Assembly (NCBI GenBank): GCA_965261735.1
Contig: OZ253470.1
Location: 32,001-96,000 of the forward strand
DNA from: Alphaproteobacteria bacterium
GTDB lineage: Bacteria > Pseudomonadota > Alphaproteobacteria > SHVV01
Direction: 5' to 3'
DNA: 64,000 bases
The notes below the pieces were generated by a model. That model searched no databases. It was not told the origin of the DNA and saw nothing but the letters and a program-made list of their open reading frames with translations. How positions within the stretch are numbered: position 1 is the first letter of the stretch; each line of letters opens with the position of its first letter. The translations under genes and the position numbers were made by a program. This document shows, one piece after another, positions 37,299 to 46,346 of the stretch.

Positions 37299-37738
37299 GG
37301 ATCGGGCTCCGTCGCGGCGCCGAGGTCGCCCCAGCTCGTGGCGCGCTCGATGCCGATGGCGATGACCGGGTGGCGGGCGATGTCCATGCTCATAAGCTGG
37401 TCGTAACGGTCGCGTAGCAGCGCTTGTGCGGACGCGTGCTCGGGCCCCGTCGTGAGGACATCGGCGCGGCCGCGCACCATCACCCAGCCGAGCCGCGACC
37501 AGTCGGCGTCGTCGTAGTAATCGGCGACGAGCGCGACCCGCGAGTTGACGGCGATGTTGCGCAGCCGCTTCAGCGGCCGGCCGCCTCGTTTTGGCTTGTC
37601 GTCGATCGTGATGTAGACCACGTCACCGTGAACCGCGAAGCAGACCGGCACGACGTGCGGCGCGCCCGCTTCATCGGCAGTGGCGAGATGCGCGACGCGG
37701 GCCGCATCGAGGAACCGCCGCTCAAGTTCGCTCAACAT
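37295..37738 (-). CDS. PPOX-class (pyridoxamine 5'-phosphate oxidase-like) putative F420-dependent oxidoreductase, Rv0121-like
   Basis: ARVAHLATAD..G.PHVVPVCFA, IDDKPK, LKRLRNI..N..V...D.Y..DWS.L.WV.VRG.A. Confidence 0.85.
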   Translation of the reverse strand: MLSELERRFLDAARVAHLATADEAGAPHVVPVCFAVHGDVVYITIDDKPKRGGRPLKRLRNIAVNSRVALVADYYDDADWSRLGWVMVRGRADVLTTGPEHASAQALLRDRYDQLMSMDIARHPVIAIGIERATSWGDLGAATEPDP

Positions 37739-37754
37739 GCGGCCCCCTTGGGCC

Positions 37755-38621
37755 TCACATACCGGCGACCGCCTCCTTGAACAGGCGGATCGCCCTCATG
37801 TGCGCGCTCGGTGAGTCGAGGCCGGCGTTCATCGTATTTAGCGACAGGGTCGTCACCCCCATCTCGGCGTAGGCGGTCGCCACTTGGACCGCCTTTTCGC
37901 TTGGCGTGTCGTGCAGCAGCAACATGCGTTCAATGCCGATGTCGGCGGGATCGCGGCCCGCCTCGCGCGCGTAGTCATGGAGCTTTGCGACCGCCGCGCG
38001 GCCCTTCTCGTCCGGCGCAAAGAAGGGAATCCAGCCGTCACCAATCCGGGCGATGCGGCGCACCACGGCATCGGCATTGCCGCCGAACCAGATCGGGATC
38101 GGCCGCTGCACGGGCAGCGGGTTGATGCCGCTATCGGTGATCTTGTGCCACTCGCCCTCGAAGTTCACGATGTCCTTGGTCCACAGGGCCCGCATGACGG
38201 CGATTTGCTCCTCGGAGCGGCGTCCGCGGTCGTGGAAGTTCTCGCCCAGCGCCTCATACTCGAAGGCGCTCCAGCCGATGCCGATGCCGAGCCGCAGGCG
38301 GCCGCCGCTCAAGACGTCGACCTCGGCCGCCTGCTTGGCCACCAGGACCGTCTGGCGCTGCGGCAGGATGAGGATCCCGGTCGCGAGCTCGATGCGGCTG
38401 GTGACCCCGGCGAGGTAGGCGAGCAGCGTGAGCACCTCGTGGAACATATGGCGGTGGGTGTAGAGCCCGTCCCAATCGGCGCGCTCGGCGTTGACGCCAG
38501 TGACGTGATCGAAGACGAGCAGGTGATCGTAGCCGAGCGCCTCGGCGGCTTGAGCGAAATCTCGAACGGCGACGGGATCGGCCCCAATCTCGGTCTGTGG
38601 GAATACGGCTCCGAAACGCAT
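37755..38621 (-). CDS. LLM-class (luciferase-like) putative F420-dependent oxidoreductase
   Basis: AQAAEALGYDHL..FDHV, ILILPQRQTVLVAKQAAEVDVLSGGRLRLGIGIGW, P.PVQRPIPIWFGG. Confidence 0.88.
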   Translation of the reverse strand: MRFGAVFPQTEIGADPVAVRDFAQAAEALGYDHLLVFDHVTGVNAERADWDGLYTHRHMFHEVLTLLAYLAGVTSRIELATGILILPQRQTVLVAKQAAEVDVLSGGRLRLGIGIGWSAFEYEALGENFHDRGRRSEEQIAVMRALWTKDIVNFEGEWHKITDSGINPLPVQRPIPIWFGGNADAVVRRIARIGDGWIPFFAPDEKGRAAVAKLHDYAREAGRDPADIGIERMLLLHDTPSEKAVQVATAYAEMGVTTLSLNTMNAGLDSPSAHMRAIRLFKEAVAGM

Positions 38622-38729
38622 GGGCTCCTCCTATGGGTCGGTCTCTCCGACGATAGCACGTCCCGACACGAGGCGGCCCGGCGGGCGTTTGGGAAGATCG
38701 GGCGCCATGATAACCTCGGCCCCGAGCCC

Positions 38730-39941
38730 ATGCCGGTCAAAAACCAAGCCAAGGATATCGACAGCACCTCCCGGGAGGCGCTGATCGAGCGCGCGCGCGC
38801 CCTCGTGCCCGCTCTGCGAGAGCGAGCGCCCGAGGGCGAGCGCCTGCGCAACCTGCCGCCCGCGACGGTGGGCGATTTTCACGATGCCGGCCTGTTCCGC
38901 ATCCTCCAGCCCGCCCGCGTCGGCGGCGCCGAAATGGACTTCGGCCTGATCGTCGACATCGGCGCCGAGATCGGCCGCGGCTGCGCCTCCAGCGCCTGGG
39001 TGCTGGGCAATCTCGCGGTCCATCATTGGCAGCTCGGGCAGTGGCATGAGGCCATGCAGGACGAGGTCTGGGGCGCGGACCCCGATGCCCTGATCGGTTC
39101 GAGCTACGTCTTTCCCGCCGGGCGCGCCACCCGGATCGACGGCGGCTACCGCTTGCGCGGCAACTTCCCGTGGCCCTTCAACAGCGGCGTCGACATCAGC
39201 GAATGGAGCATCCTCGCCGCCGGGCTCGAGGGCGCGGCCGGCGAAGCGCCGGAGCCGATGCTCTTCATGGTCCACAAGTCCGAATACACCGTCCTCGACG
39301 TCTGGCACGCGTCGGGCCTCGTCGCCAGCGGCAGCAACGACTGCGTGATCGAGGAGGTGTTCCTGCCCGAGCATCGCGGGCTTCGGGTGGCCGATTGCAA
39401 GGGGGGGCCGACGCCGGGCTCGAAACGAAACCCGAGCCCGCTCTATAGGCTTCCGGCGTTCGCGACCTTCCCCTATGTCGTCGCCGCGCCGCTCTTGGGC
39501 GCCGCGCTCGGGGCCTACGAGCTATGCCGCGATTCGACGCGCGAGCGCGTCGGCACCTACACCGGTGCCCGGCTCGCCGATCTCGGGCCGGTGCAGATCA
39601 AGCTCGCCGAGGCGGCATCCTCCATAGAGGCGGCGCGGCTGCTACTGCGCTCGAATTGCGATGAGATGATGCGGCGCGCCGAGGCCGGCGAACACCCCGC
39701 CATCGAGGATCGTGCGCGCTACCGCGGCGACGGCGCCTTCGCGGCCAAGCTCGCCCTGCGCGCCGTCGATATCGCGGTCGAGCTCACCGGCGCCGCCGGC
39801 CTCTACACCAAGAACCCGATCCAGCGCCACTTCCGCGATGCCCACGCCATCAGCCATCATGTCGCCGTGGTCTGGGACATCGGCGCGCAAATCTACGGCG
39901 CGGCCACGCTTGGCCTGCCGCCGCTACTGCCGACGGTGTAG
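38730..39941 (+). CDS. acyl-CoA-dehydrogenase-fold flavin-dependent hydroxylase (HsaA/HpaH-C2-like oxygenase component)
   Basis: C-terminal part of ORF 37884..39941 from MPVKNQ. AGLFRILQPARVGG, GCASSAW, WPFNSGVD, W.ASGL.ASGSND, NPIQRHFRDAHA..H. Confidence 0.85.
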   Translation: MPVKNQAKDIDSTSREALIERARALVPALRERAPEGERLRNLPPATVGDFHDAGLFRILQPARVGGAEMDFGLIVDIGAEIGRGCASSAWVLGNLAVHHWQLGQWHEAMQDEVWGADPDALIGSSYVFPAGRATRIDGGYRLRGNFPWPFNSGVDISEWSILAAGLEGAAGEAPEPMLFMVHKSEYTVLDVWHASGLVASGSNDCVIEEVFLPEHRGLRVADCKGGPTPGSKRNPSPLYRLPAFATFPYVVAAPLLGAALGAYELCRDSTRERVGTYTGARLADLGPVQIKLAEAASSIEAARLLLRSNCDEMMRRAEAGEHPAIEDRARYRGDGAFAAKLALRAVDIAVELTGAAGLYTKNPIQRHFRDAHAISHHVAVVWDIGAQIYGAATLGLPPLLPTV

Positions 39942-39964
39942 CCGGATGCGAATCGGAGATCAGG

Positions 39965-41245
39965 GTGAGTAAGGTCGAGCCGCTGGCGCCGGTGCGCATC
40001 GCCGGCCAGGACGTGCATTTCGCACAAGGCGTCAAGGCCGGCGGCTGGGTGTTCCTCACCGGCCATGAGGCGACGGACTTCGCTACCGGCCTCGCACCCG
40101 AGGTCGCCGGCAAGCCTCACTTCCCGCTTTACGGGCAGCCCAAACACAGGCGCGAGGGCGACTTCATCCTGCGCCGCTTCACCGACCTGCTCGGGGCCGC
40201 GGGCACCGACCTCGAGCACTCGGTTCGGCTCGACCAGTACTACCCGACTTGGAAGGCCGTCGATCCCTACCACCACGCGCGCCGGGCCCATTTCGGCGAG
40301 AACATTCCGCCAAGCACCTCGATCCTAATGGAGGAGCTGATGGTCACCGGCGCCGATATCAGCGCCTCGATCATCGCCGTCGTGCCGAGTGCCGGGCGCG
40401 AGGTGAAGCGCGTCCGGCCCGACACGGTGCGGGCGCCGACATGGTCGGGCTTCGCGCCGGTGATGACTTCAGGCGACTACGTCTTCGTCGCCGGTCAGAT
40501 GGCCAATGCCGAAGATTGGTCGGTCGATGCGCGCGCGCATGTGGCCGACGGCGCGTTGTGGGCCGGCTTCGAGATTCGCCTGCAGGCCGAGTTCATCATC
40601 AACGAGCGCATCAAGCCGGCGCTGGAAGCCGCCGGCTCCTCGCTCGAGGGCGTCGTCAAGGCTCAGGCCTACCTCAGCAACGTCGAGGACTTTCCCCACT
40701 TCATCGAGGTCTGGAATGCTCATTTCGGTGAACGGGGCTGCGCGCTCAGCGTCGTCCCGGCGTCGGGCTTCGCGATGGTCGAGGGGATCATCGAGATCAA
40801 CGTGATGGCGCTCGCCGATGGCGGCACGACGCGCAAGGAGATCGTCGATTGTGCCATGCCCGCGACGATGGCCTACGGCGCGCCGGCCGTTCGCGCCGGG
40901 GATCTGCTGCTGCTCTCGGCGCTGATGGCCGTGGATGAGGACGGCGCCGCCCCCGCGGCTGAGGCGCGCGCGGGCCTGCCCCATTTCGCCATCTCCCCGC
41001 GCGCCCAGATGCGCCTCATCCTGGAGCAGGCGGAGCGGATTTGCCGGGCCGGCGGAACCGCGCTCGAGAACGTGGTCCGCGTCCACCAGTTCCACGCCGA
41101 CCTCGCCGAGTTCTACCCCATGCACGCGGTATGGCGCGAGCTGCTACCCGATCAGCCGATCCCCTTCTCGGCCGTCCGCGTGCCCGCGCCCCTGCCCGCG
41201 CCCGGCGCCACCGTCATGCTCGATCTATGGGTGTACGCGCCGTAG
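39965..41245 (+). CDS. multi-domain (three-module) Rid-superfamily protein
   Basis: Modules FAQGVKAGGWVFLTGH, FAPVMTSGDYVFVAGQMA...LEAAGSSLEGVVKAQAYL, and APAVRAGDLLLLSAL...GTALENVVR. GTG start. Confidence 0.75.
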   Translation: MSKVEPLAPVRIAGQDVHFAQGVKAGGWVFLTGHEATDFATGLAPEVAGKPHFPLYGQPKHRREGDFILRRFTDLLGAAGTDLEHSVRLDQYYPTWKAVDPYHHARRAHFGENIPPSTSILMEELMVTGADISASIIAVVPSAGREVKRVRPDTVRAPTWSGFAPVMTSGDYVFVAGQMANAEDWSVDARAHVADGALWAGFEIRLQAEFIINERIKPALEAAGSSLEGVVKAQAYLSNVEDFPHFIEVWNAHFGERGCALSVVPASGFAMVEGIIEINVMALADGGTTRKEIVDCAMPATMAYGAPAVRAGDLLLLSALMAVDEDGAAPAAEARAGLPHFAISPRAQMRLILEQAERICRAGGTALENVVRVHQFHADLAEFYPMHAVWRELLPDQPIPFSAVRVPAPLPAPGATVMLDLWVYAP

Positions 41246-41259
41246 CCGTCGCGCCTGAG

Positions 41260-42477
41260 CTATCCGCTCCACTCCAAGATGTAGAGGCCATCGCCCGAAC
41301 GGTCGACGACATAGACGACGCCGCGGTCGTCGACGAAGACGTCGTTGAGCTGGGTCTCGCCAATCGAGGAGTGGGCGGAGGCGGGCGGCACGAAGTAGCC
41401 GGTTTCGGTCGGTCGGTGGGGATGCGAGACGTCGAACACGCGAAGTCCGGCGTTGAAGAAGGTGCCGAACAGGATGGTCTCCGAGCGGAAGGCACCGGCG
41501 TCCGGGTGATTTTCGTGCAGGTTGTGGGCGCCGAAGCGGGCCTCGCGCCCGCCGTAGCAGGCGAACGGCGGCGGCGGCAGGTTGGCGAGCGGCACGAGTT
41601 CGGTCTCGTCGCGCGCATCCAGCACCCACATGAACTTGGGATGGTCGGCGCCGCCCATGAGGACGCTTTCATCGCTCACGATCATGAGGTCGCGGCCGAA
41701 CAGCGGCATCACCGTGTGGCTGAAGCCGCCGTAGGGCGGCGAGTTGTCCCAGCGCGCGATCAACCGCGGCGTCGCCTTGTCGGAGATATCTAGGATCAAG
41801 GCCCCGGCGTCGATGAAGCCGACATAGGCCCGGTCGGGGCGCTCGGGGTAGACGTTGGTGTTGTGGGCGCGAAATCCGAGGTCGTTGTGGCCTTCGTGGC
41901 GCGCCGGCGGCGGCTCGGAATCGCCGACGCGCGTGCCGGGCAGCCACCACCGGCCGACCTCGGCTGGCTTGTCGGGTCGGCGCACGTCGATGATACGGTA
42001 GAACTGATCGTCGAGCGGGTTATGGGGTTCGAAGTCCGGCGCCCCGCTCGCCATGTGCACGTACTCGCCATCGCAGAACCACAGATTGTGAACGCCGCGC
42101 GAGGCCGGCCCCGCGGCGTCGAAGAACGCGATGGAGCGCGGCACCTCAGGCGCCGCGATATCGAACAGCTCGAAGCCCGCAGGGTGCAGTCCGACGCCCG
42201 GCGCCTGGTAGGCGACCGCGAGAATATCGCCAGAGACGCCGAGCGAGTTGGAGCGCTCGGCGCCGGGCGGCAACTCGGTCTGGACGATGACGCGCGGGCG
42301 CGCCGGGTCGGTCACGTCGACGCCGGTGAAGCTCTTGGGCGCACGCTCATGGGCGAGCCACAGGACCCGACGCCCGCCCGCGCCGAGCTGGATGCGCACG
42401 CCCTCGCCGAGCGCCCCATGCCCGCCCAGCAGCTCATGCGCGAGCAGGCGCAGGTTGTGGCTGATACGAATGGTCAT
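41260..42477 (-). CDS. LVIVD-repeat beta-propeller protein
   Basis: Repeats VDVTDPARP, FDIAAPEVP, IDVRRPDKP, ILDISDKATP, VFDVSHPHRP; His-rich GVHNLW, AHN, SHT, GAHNLHEN. Start at MTIRIS. Confidence 0.82.
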   Translation of the reverse strand: MTIRISHNLRLLAHELLGGHGALGEGVRIQLGAGGRRVLWLAHERAPKSFTGVDVTDPARPRVIVQTELPPGAERSNSLGVSGDILAVAYQAPGVGLHPAGFELFDIAAPEVPRSIAFFDAAGPASRGVHNLWFCDGEYVHMASGAPDFEPHNPLDDQFYRIIDVRRPDKPAEVGRWWLPGTRVGDSEPPPARHEGHNDLGFRAHNTNVYPERPDRAYVGFIDAGALILDISDKATPRLIARWDNSPPYGGFSHTVMPLFGRDLMIVSDESVLMGGADHPKFMWVLDARDETELVPLANLPPPPFACYGGREARFGAHNLHENHPDAGAFRSETILFGTFFNAGLRVFDVSHPHRPTETGYFVPPASAHSSIGETQLNDVFVDDRGVVYVVDRSGDGLYILEWSG

Positions 42478-44615
42478 TGGGGCGATGGGCGGGCCAGGAT
42501 GCGGGCGTCCACGGCCCAGGCACCCTGCCCTTCCGGCAGCACGATTAGCGGGTTGAGATCGATCTCGACGAGCTCGTCGCGCAGGTCCCATCCGAGGCGG
42601 GCCAGCGCGCGCAGGTTGCTCAGGAGGGCCGTGACGTCGGCGGCGGGACGGCCGCGTGCGCCTCGCAGGATCGCGTGCGCCGGGCTCGCGATGACGAGCT
42701 CCTCGATTTCCGCGTCGGTGATCGGCAGGAGCCGGTAGTCGACCGCCCGCAGCAGCTCCACGAAGATGCCGCCGAGGCCGAAGACGAGTACTGGCCCGAC
42801 ATCGGCATCGACCTTGAGCCCGGCGAGGACTTCGACTCCTTGCGGCAGCATGCGTTGAACGTAGAGGCGCGCCTGAGCCAAGTCGCCGCCCACGCCCGCA
42901 TGCGCCGCGTGGAGCTCGCGATACGCCGCGGTGACGCTCGGCGGATCGGCGAGCCCAAGGCTGACCAGACCGGCGTCGCTCTTGTGCAGCGCCTTCGGCG
43001 AGAACAGCTTGGCCGCGACGGGAAAGCCGAGCCCGGAGGCGGCCGCGACCGCATCCGCCTCCGTCTCGACGAAACGCTCCGCCACCCGTGCAATCCCATA
43101 CAGATCGAGCAGCTCGGCCGCCGCCTCTGGCGCCACCAGGAGCGCACCGTCGCCGACTGGGCTCGCGCGCCGAACGAGGGCGCGCGCGCCTTCGACCGCC
43201 GCCGACCCGCTATCGCGGTCCTCGCCGCTTGGGCCATTGGGCGCCGCCCATCTCGCGAGGTGGCCGATGGCGAGCAGCGCCTCGCGGGCACCGTGCAGCA
43301 CCGGCACGCGGAGATCGCGCGGCAGCTCGGGAGTGGCACCGGTTCGCGCCGAGCGGGTATTGATATAGACGATCGGCTTGTCGCTTTGTCCGGCGACCGT
43401 ACGGGCCGCCTCGAGGGCGTTGTCGCAATATCCCTGGTAGCCCGGGAAGCGGGTGATATCGACGGGCATGTCACCGTACACGCCCACGACATCGACGCCT
43501 GGATCGCGGCACAGGTGCAGGAGGCATTCTTCCAGCTTGCGCGGCGATACACCGCCAACGCCGCTGTCGACGGGATTGAGGCCGGGGCTGTCCGGCCCCA
43601 GGACCGCGCCTATCGCGGCGATCGTCGCCTCATCGAGATCGGCCAGGGTGACGCCGATGGATTCGCACAGGTCCGCGTAGTAGCCGGCCTTGCCGCCCGA
43701 GGTGCCGATGAGCCCGAGCCGCGGCCCATCGGGCGCGAACCCGGCCGCGAACAACGCTAGCGTCTCGATGAACTCGTCGAGGTCGCGCACCCGGGTGATG
43801 TGGAATCGCTCGAAGAAGGCGTCCCACACCTGGTCGTCGCCGACGAGCGAGCCGGTGTGCCCGAGCGCCGCCGCGCGACCCCGTTCAGAGCTGCCGATCT
43901 TGAGCACCACGAGCGGCTTGCCGAGCTCGAGGGCGCGCCGCGCCGCGCGCGTGAACTGAGCCACATCGCGCACAGCCTCGAGCGCGAGGCCGACCGTGGC
44001 GATCCGCTCATCCTCGAGCACATGCGTGAGGTAGTCGGCCGCGGTCAAGACGGCCTCGTTACCGCTCGCGATCAGCAAGCCGGGATGGATGCCGTTGCCG
44101 CTCGTGCGCACCGCATCTATGAAGCCCGCGCTCTGCGAGATGACGGCCACGGGTCCCGCGTCCGCGGCGCCCTCGGAGCCGATAAAGGCGGGAAAACCGT
44201 CGAGCCCGTTGATGAGGCCGAGCGAACATGGGCCGCATAGCGCGATGCCGGAGGCCCGCGCCTTGTCGGCCACACGTTCCTGGAGCTGGCGGCCCTCTTC
44301 ACCCGCTTCCGCGAAACCGGTGGCGTACACGATCGCCGCGCCCACGCCGGCCGCGCGGAGATCGTCGAGAACGGAGAGCACGGTACCGGCCGGCGTCGCG
44401 ACGTAGGCGCAGTCCACGGGGTTGGGGATATCCTGTATGCGGGGGTAACACGGCATCCCGCGAACCGTCGCACGGTTCGGGTTGACGGCGAACAGGCCTC
44501 CTCGGTAGCCGCTCAGCCGCAGCGCATCCATAATCCGGCCACCCGATCCTTCCTCCGACGCGCCGACGATGGCGACCGACGCTGGGCGCAACAGCTTGTC
44601 AAGATTGAAGACCAT
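42474..44615 (-). CDS. ADP-forming acyl-CoA synthetase (fused alpha-beta, acetate-CoA ligase family)
   Basis: LLRPASVAIVGAS, VNP, AVISQS, GNEA, GHTGSL phospho-His loop, ATP-grasp HKSDAG, EIDLNPL. Confidence 0.88.
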   Translation of the reverse strand: MVFNLDKLLRPASVAIVGASEEGSGGRIMDALRLSGYRGGLFAVNPNRATVRGMPCYPRIQDIPNPVDCAYVATPAGTVLSVLDDLRAAGVGAAIVYATGFAEAGEEGRQLQERVADKARASGIALCGPCSLGLINGLDGFPAFIGSEGAADAGPVAVISQSAGFIDAVRTSGNGIHPGLLIASGNEAVLTAADYLTHVLEDERIATVGLALEAVRDVAQFTRAARRALELGKPLVVLKIGSSERGRAAALGHTGSLVGDDQVWDAFFERFHITRVRDLDEFIETLALFAAGFAPDGPRLGLIGTSGGKAGYYADLCESIGVTLADLDEATIAAIGAVLGPDSPGLNPVDSGVGGVSPRKLEECLLHLCRDPGVDVVGVYGDMPVDITRFPGYQGYCDNALEAARTVAGQSDKPIVYINTRSARTGATPELPRDLRVPVLHGAREALLAIGHLARWAAPNGPSGEDRDSGSAAVEGARALVRRASPVGDGALLVAPEAAAELLDLYGIARVAERFVETEADAVAAASGLGFPVAAKLFSPKALHKSDAGLVSLGLADPPSVTAAYRELHAAHAGVGGDLAQARLYVQRMLPQGVEVLAGLKVDADVGPVLVFGLGGIFVELLRAVDYRLLPITDAEIEELVIASPAHAILRGARGRPAADVTALLSNLRALARLGWDLRDELVEIDLNPLIVLPEGQGAWAVDARILARPSPQ

Positions 44616-44635
44616 GGGGCCCTCGCGGCGCCCGC

Positions 44636-45412
44636 CTAGGTCGCCCGGCGGCGGCCGGCCAGCCCCGCGGTCAGGCCGATGAAGATCGAGACCGCGATGA
44701 TGAGACTGGAGACGACGGACAACATCGGATCGATCTCATCGGTGAAGGATGTGAACATTTTGCGCGGCAGGGTCTCGGTCTTGTACCCGGTGACGAAGAG
44801 GGCGATCAAAAGCTCATCGAACGAGTGGATGAACGCAAGGAGAGATCCGGCGAGCACGCCGGTCCAGGTCAGCGGCAAGGTCACGTACCATAGCGCGCGG
44901 CCCCACGACGCGCCGAGGCTCATCGCCGCCACCTCGAGGGCCTCGTCGAACGATTTGAGCCGCGCCGCGGTGACGAGCACGAGGTAGGGAAGCGAGACCA
45001 CGGAGTAGGTCAGCACCAGGCCGAGCTCGCGGTCGAACAGGTCGACGCGCCGGTAGAAGAAGAACAGCGCGAGCGCGTAGATGACGATGGGGACGATGAG
45101 GGGGCCGAGGAGCAGGCCGTTGAGAAGCCCCTTGCCGCGGAAGCGCCCGCGCACCATGCCGAGCGCGAGCGCTACACCCACGGGTATCGCGAGGACGGTG
45201 GCGAAGAAAGCCACGCGGGCGCTGAGGAGCGTGGCCGCGACCCAGTCCTCGGAGTGGAAGAACGCGATGTAACGCGTGAGGTCGTAGCCCGGCGGGGGGA
45301 ACTCGATACCACCGGTGGTGCTGAAGGAGATCGGCACGATGATGACGATCGGAAAGACCAGGAACGCGAGCACCAGGCCGCCGGCGATAGCGATGACGAT
45401 TTTGCCGATCAT
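44636..45412 (-). CDS. polyamine/opine-type ABC transporter permease (PotC-like)
   Basis: FLVFPIVIIVPISFS, LEVAAMSLGAS (EAA loop), SFDEL, TLP. Confidence 0.88.
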   Translation of the reverse strand: MIGKIVIAIAGGLVLAFLVFPIVIIVPISFSTTGGIEFPPPGYDLTRYIAFFHSEDWVAATLLSARVAFFATVLAIPVGVALALGMVRGRFRGKGLLNGLLLGPLIVPIVIYALALFFFYRRVDLFDRELGLVLTYSVVSLPYLVLVTAARLKSFDEALEVAAMSLGASWGRALWYVTLPLTWTGVLAGSLLAFIHSFDELLIALFVTGYKTETLPRKMFTSFTDEIDPMLSVVSSLIIAVSIFIGLTAGLAGRRRAT

Positions 45413-45445
45413 GGGGTCCGCATGAGCCTTCGGCTTGGCGCGGCC

Positions 45446-46330
45446 TCAGGCACGCCCGCCCCAGATACGATCGAGCCCGAAATAACGGTTGAAGAGGGCG
45501 ACGATGACCAGGGTCGCGACCAGCAACGGAATGCTCAACAGAACCGCGCCCGCGAAGTTACCGTCGAGGACCGCCTGCTGGTGGATGAGCTGGGCGATCA
45601 TGACGTCGCGCGGGCCGCCGAGCAGGGCCGGCGTGATGAAGTAGCCGAGCGATAAGATGAAGACCAGCGTGCAGCCTCCCCACACGCCGGGCATGCTGAG
45701 CGGAAAGATGACCCGGAGGAACACCTGTAGCGCCCCGGCTCCAAGGGCCCGCGCCGCCAGGGGCAGATCGGGATCGATCCCGCGCAACGAGCTGTAGATG
45801 CTGAGCACCATGAACGGCAGCAGCGCCTGGGCCATGCCGATATAGACCGCTCCGGTCGAAAACATGATGCGCAGCGGCTCGTCGACAACGCCGAGCTCGA
45901 TAAGGGCTGAGTTGACGATGCCGTTTCTCCCCAGCACGACCAGCAACGCGTAGGTCCGAACGATGATGCTGATCCAAAAGGGGATTAGCACCAGAGACAG
46001 GAGGACGCCGAGGAGCTGCCGCGGCGCCGAGTACAGCATGTAGGCGACGATGTAGCCGAGGACGAGGCACTCGGCGGTCACCCCCAGCGCCATCTGGAAA
46101 GTGTTGAGGTAGACGCGGATGTAGAGGGTTTGCTCGAAGCTCGATAGCGCGGGCACACGCAGGAAATCGCCCTCGACGATGAAGCGCAAGAGCATGAGCA
46201 CGATCGGCAGCACGTACCAGAGGACGAGCCACGCGCCGCCGAGCAGGGCCAGTATCAGATAGCGATCGGGACCGCGCGAGCGTTCCGAAACGGCGAGCGG
46301 GAGGGCGCGTTCGGACAGGGAAGTGGCCAA
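45446..46330 (-). CDS. polyamine/opine-type ABC transporter permease (PotB-like)
   Basis: LIPFWIS..VRTYA, LLPFMVL, AARALGA, F..SLGYFITPALLGGP. Confidence 0.88.
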   Translation of the reverse strand: MATSLSERALPLAVSERSRGPDRYLILALLGGAWLVLWYVLPIVLMLLRFIVEGDFLRVPALSSFEQTLYIRVYLNTFQMALGVTAECLVLGYIVAYMLYSAPRQLLGVLLSLVLIPFWISIIVRTYALLVVLGRNGIVNSALIELGVVDEPLRIMFSTGAVYIGMAQALLPFMVLSIYSSLRGIDPDLPLAARALGAGALQVFLRVIFPLSMPGVWGGCTLVFILSLGYFITPALLGGPRDVMIAQLIHQQAVLDGNFAGAVLLSIPLLVATLVIVALFNRYFGLDRIWGGRA

Positions 46331-46346
46331 GGCTCGTGACCGCGGG

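Noticed and set aside
37884-38729. Apparent long N-terminal extension of the monooxygenase
   Set aside because: Antisense shadow of the LLM gene; family homology starts near 38730.
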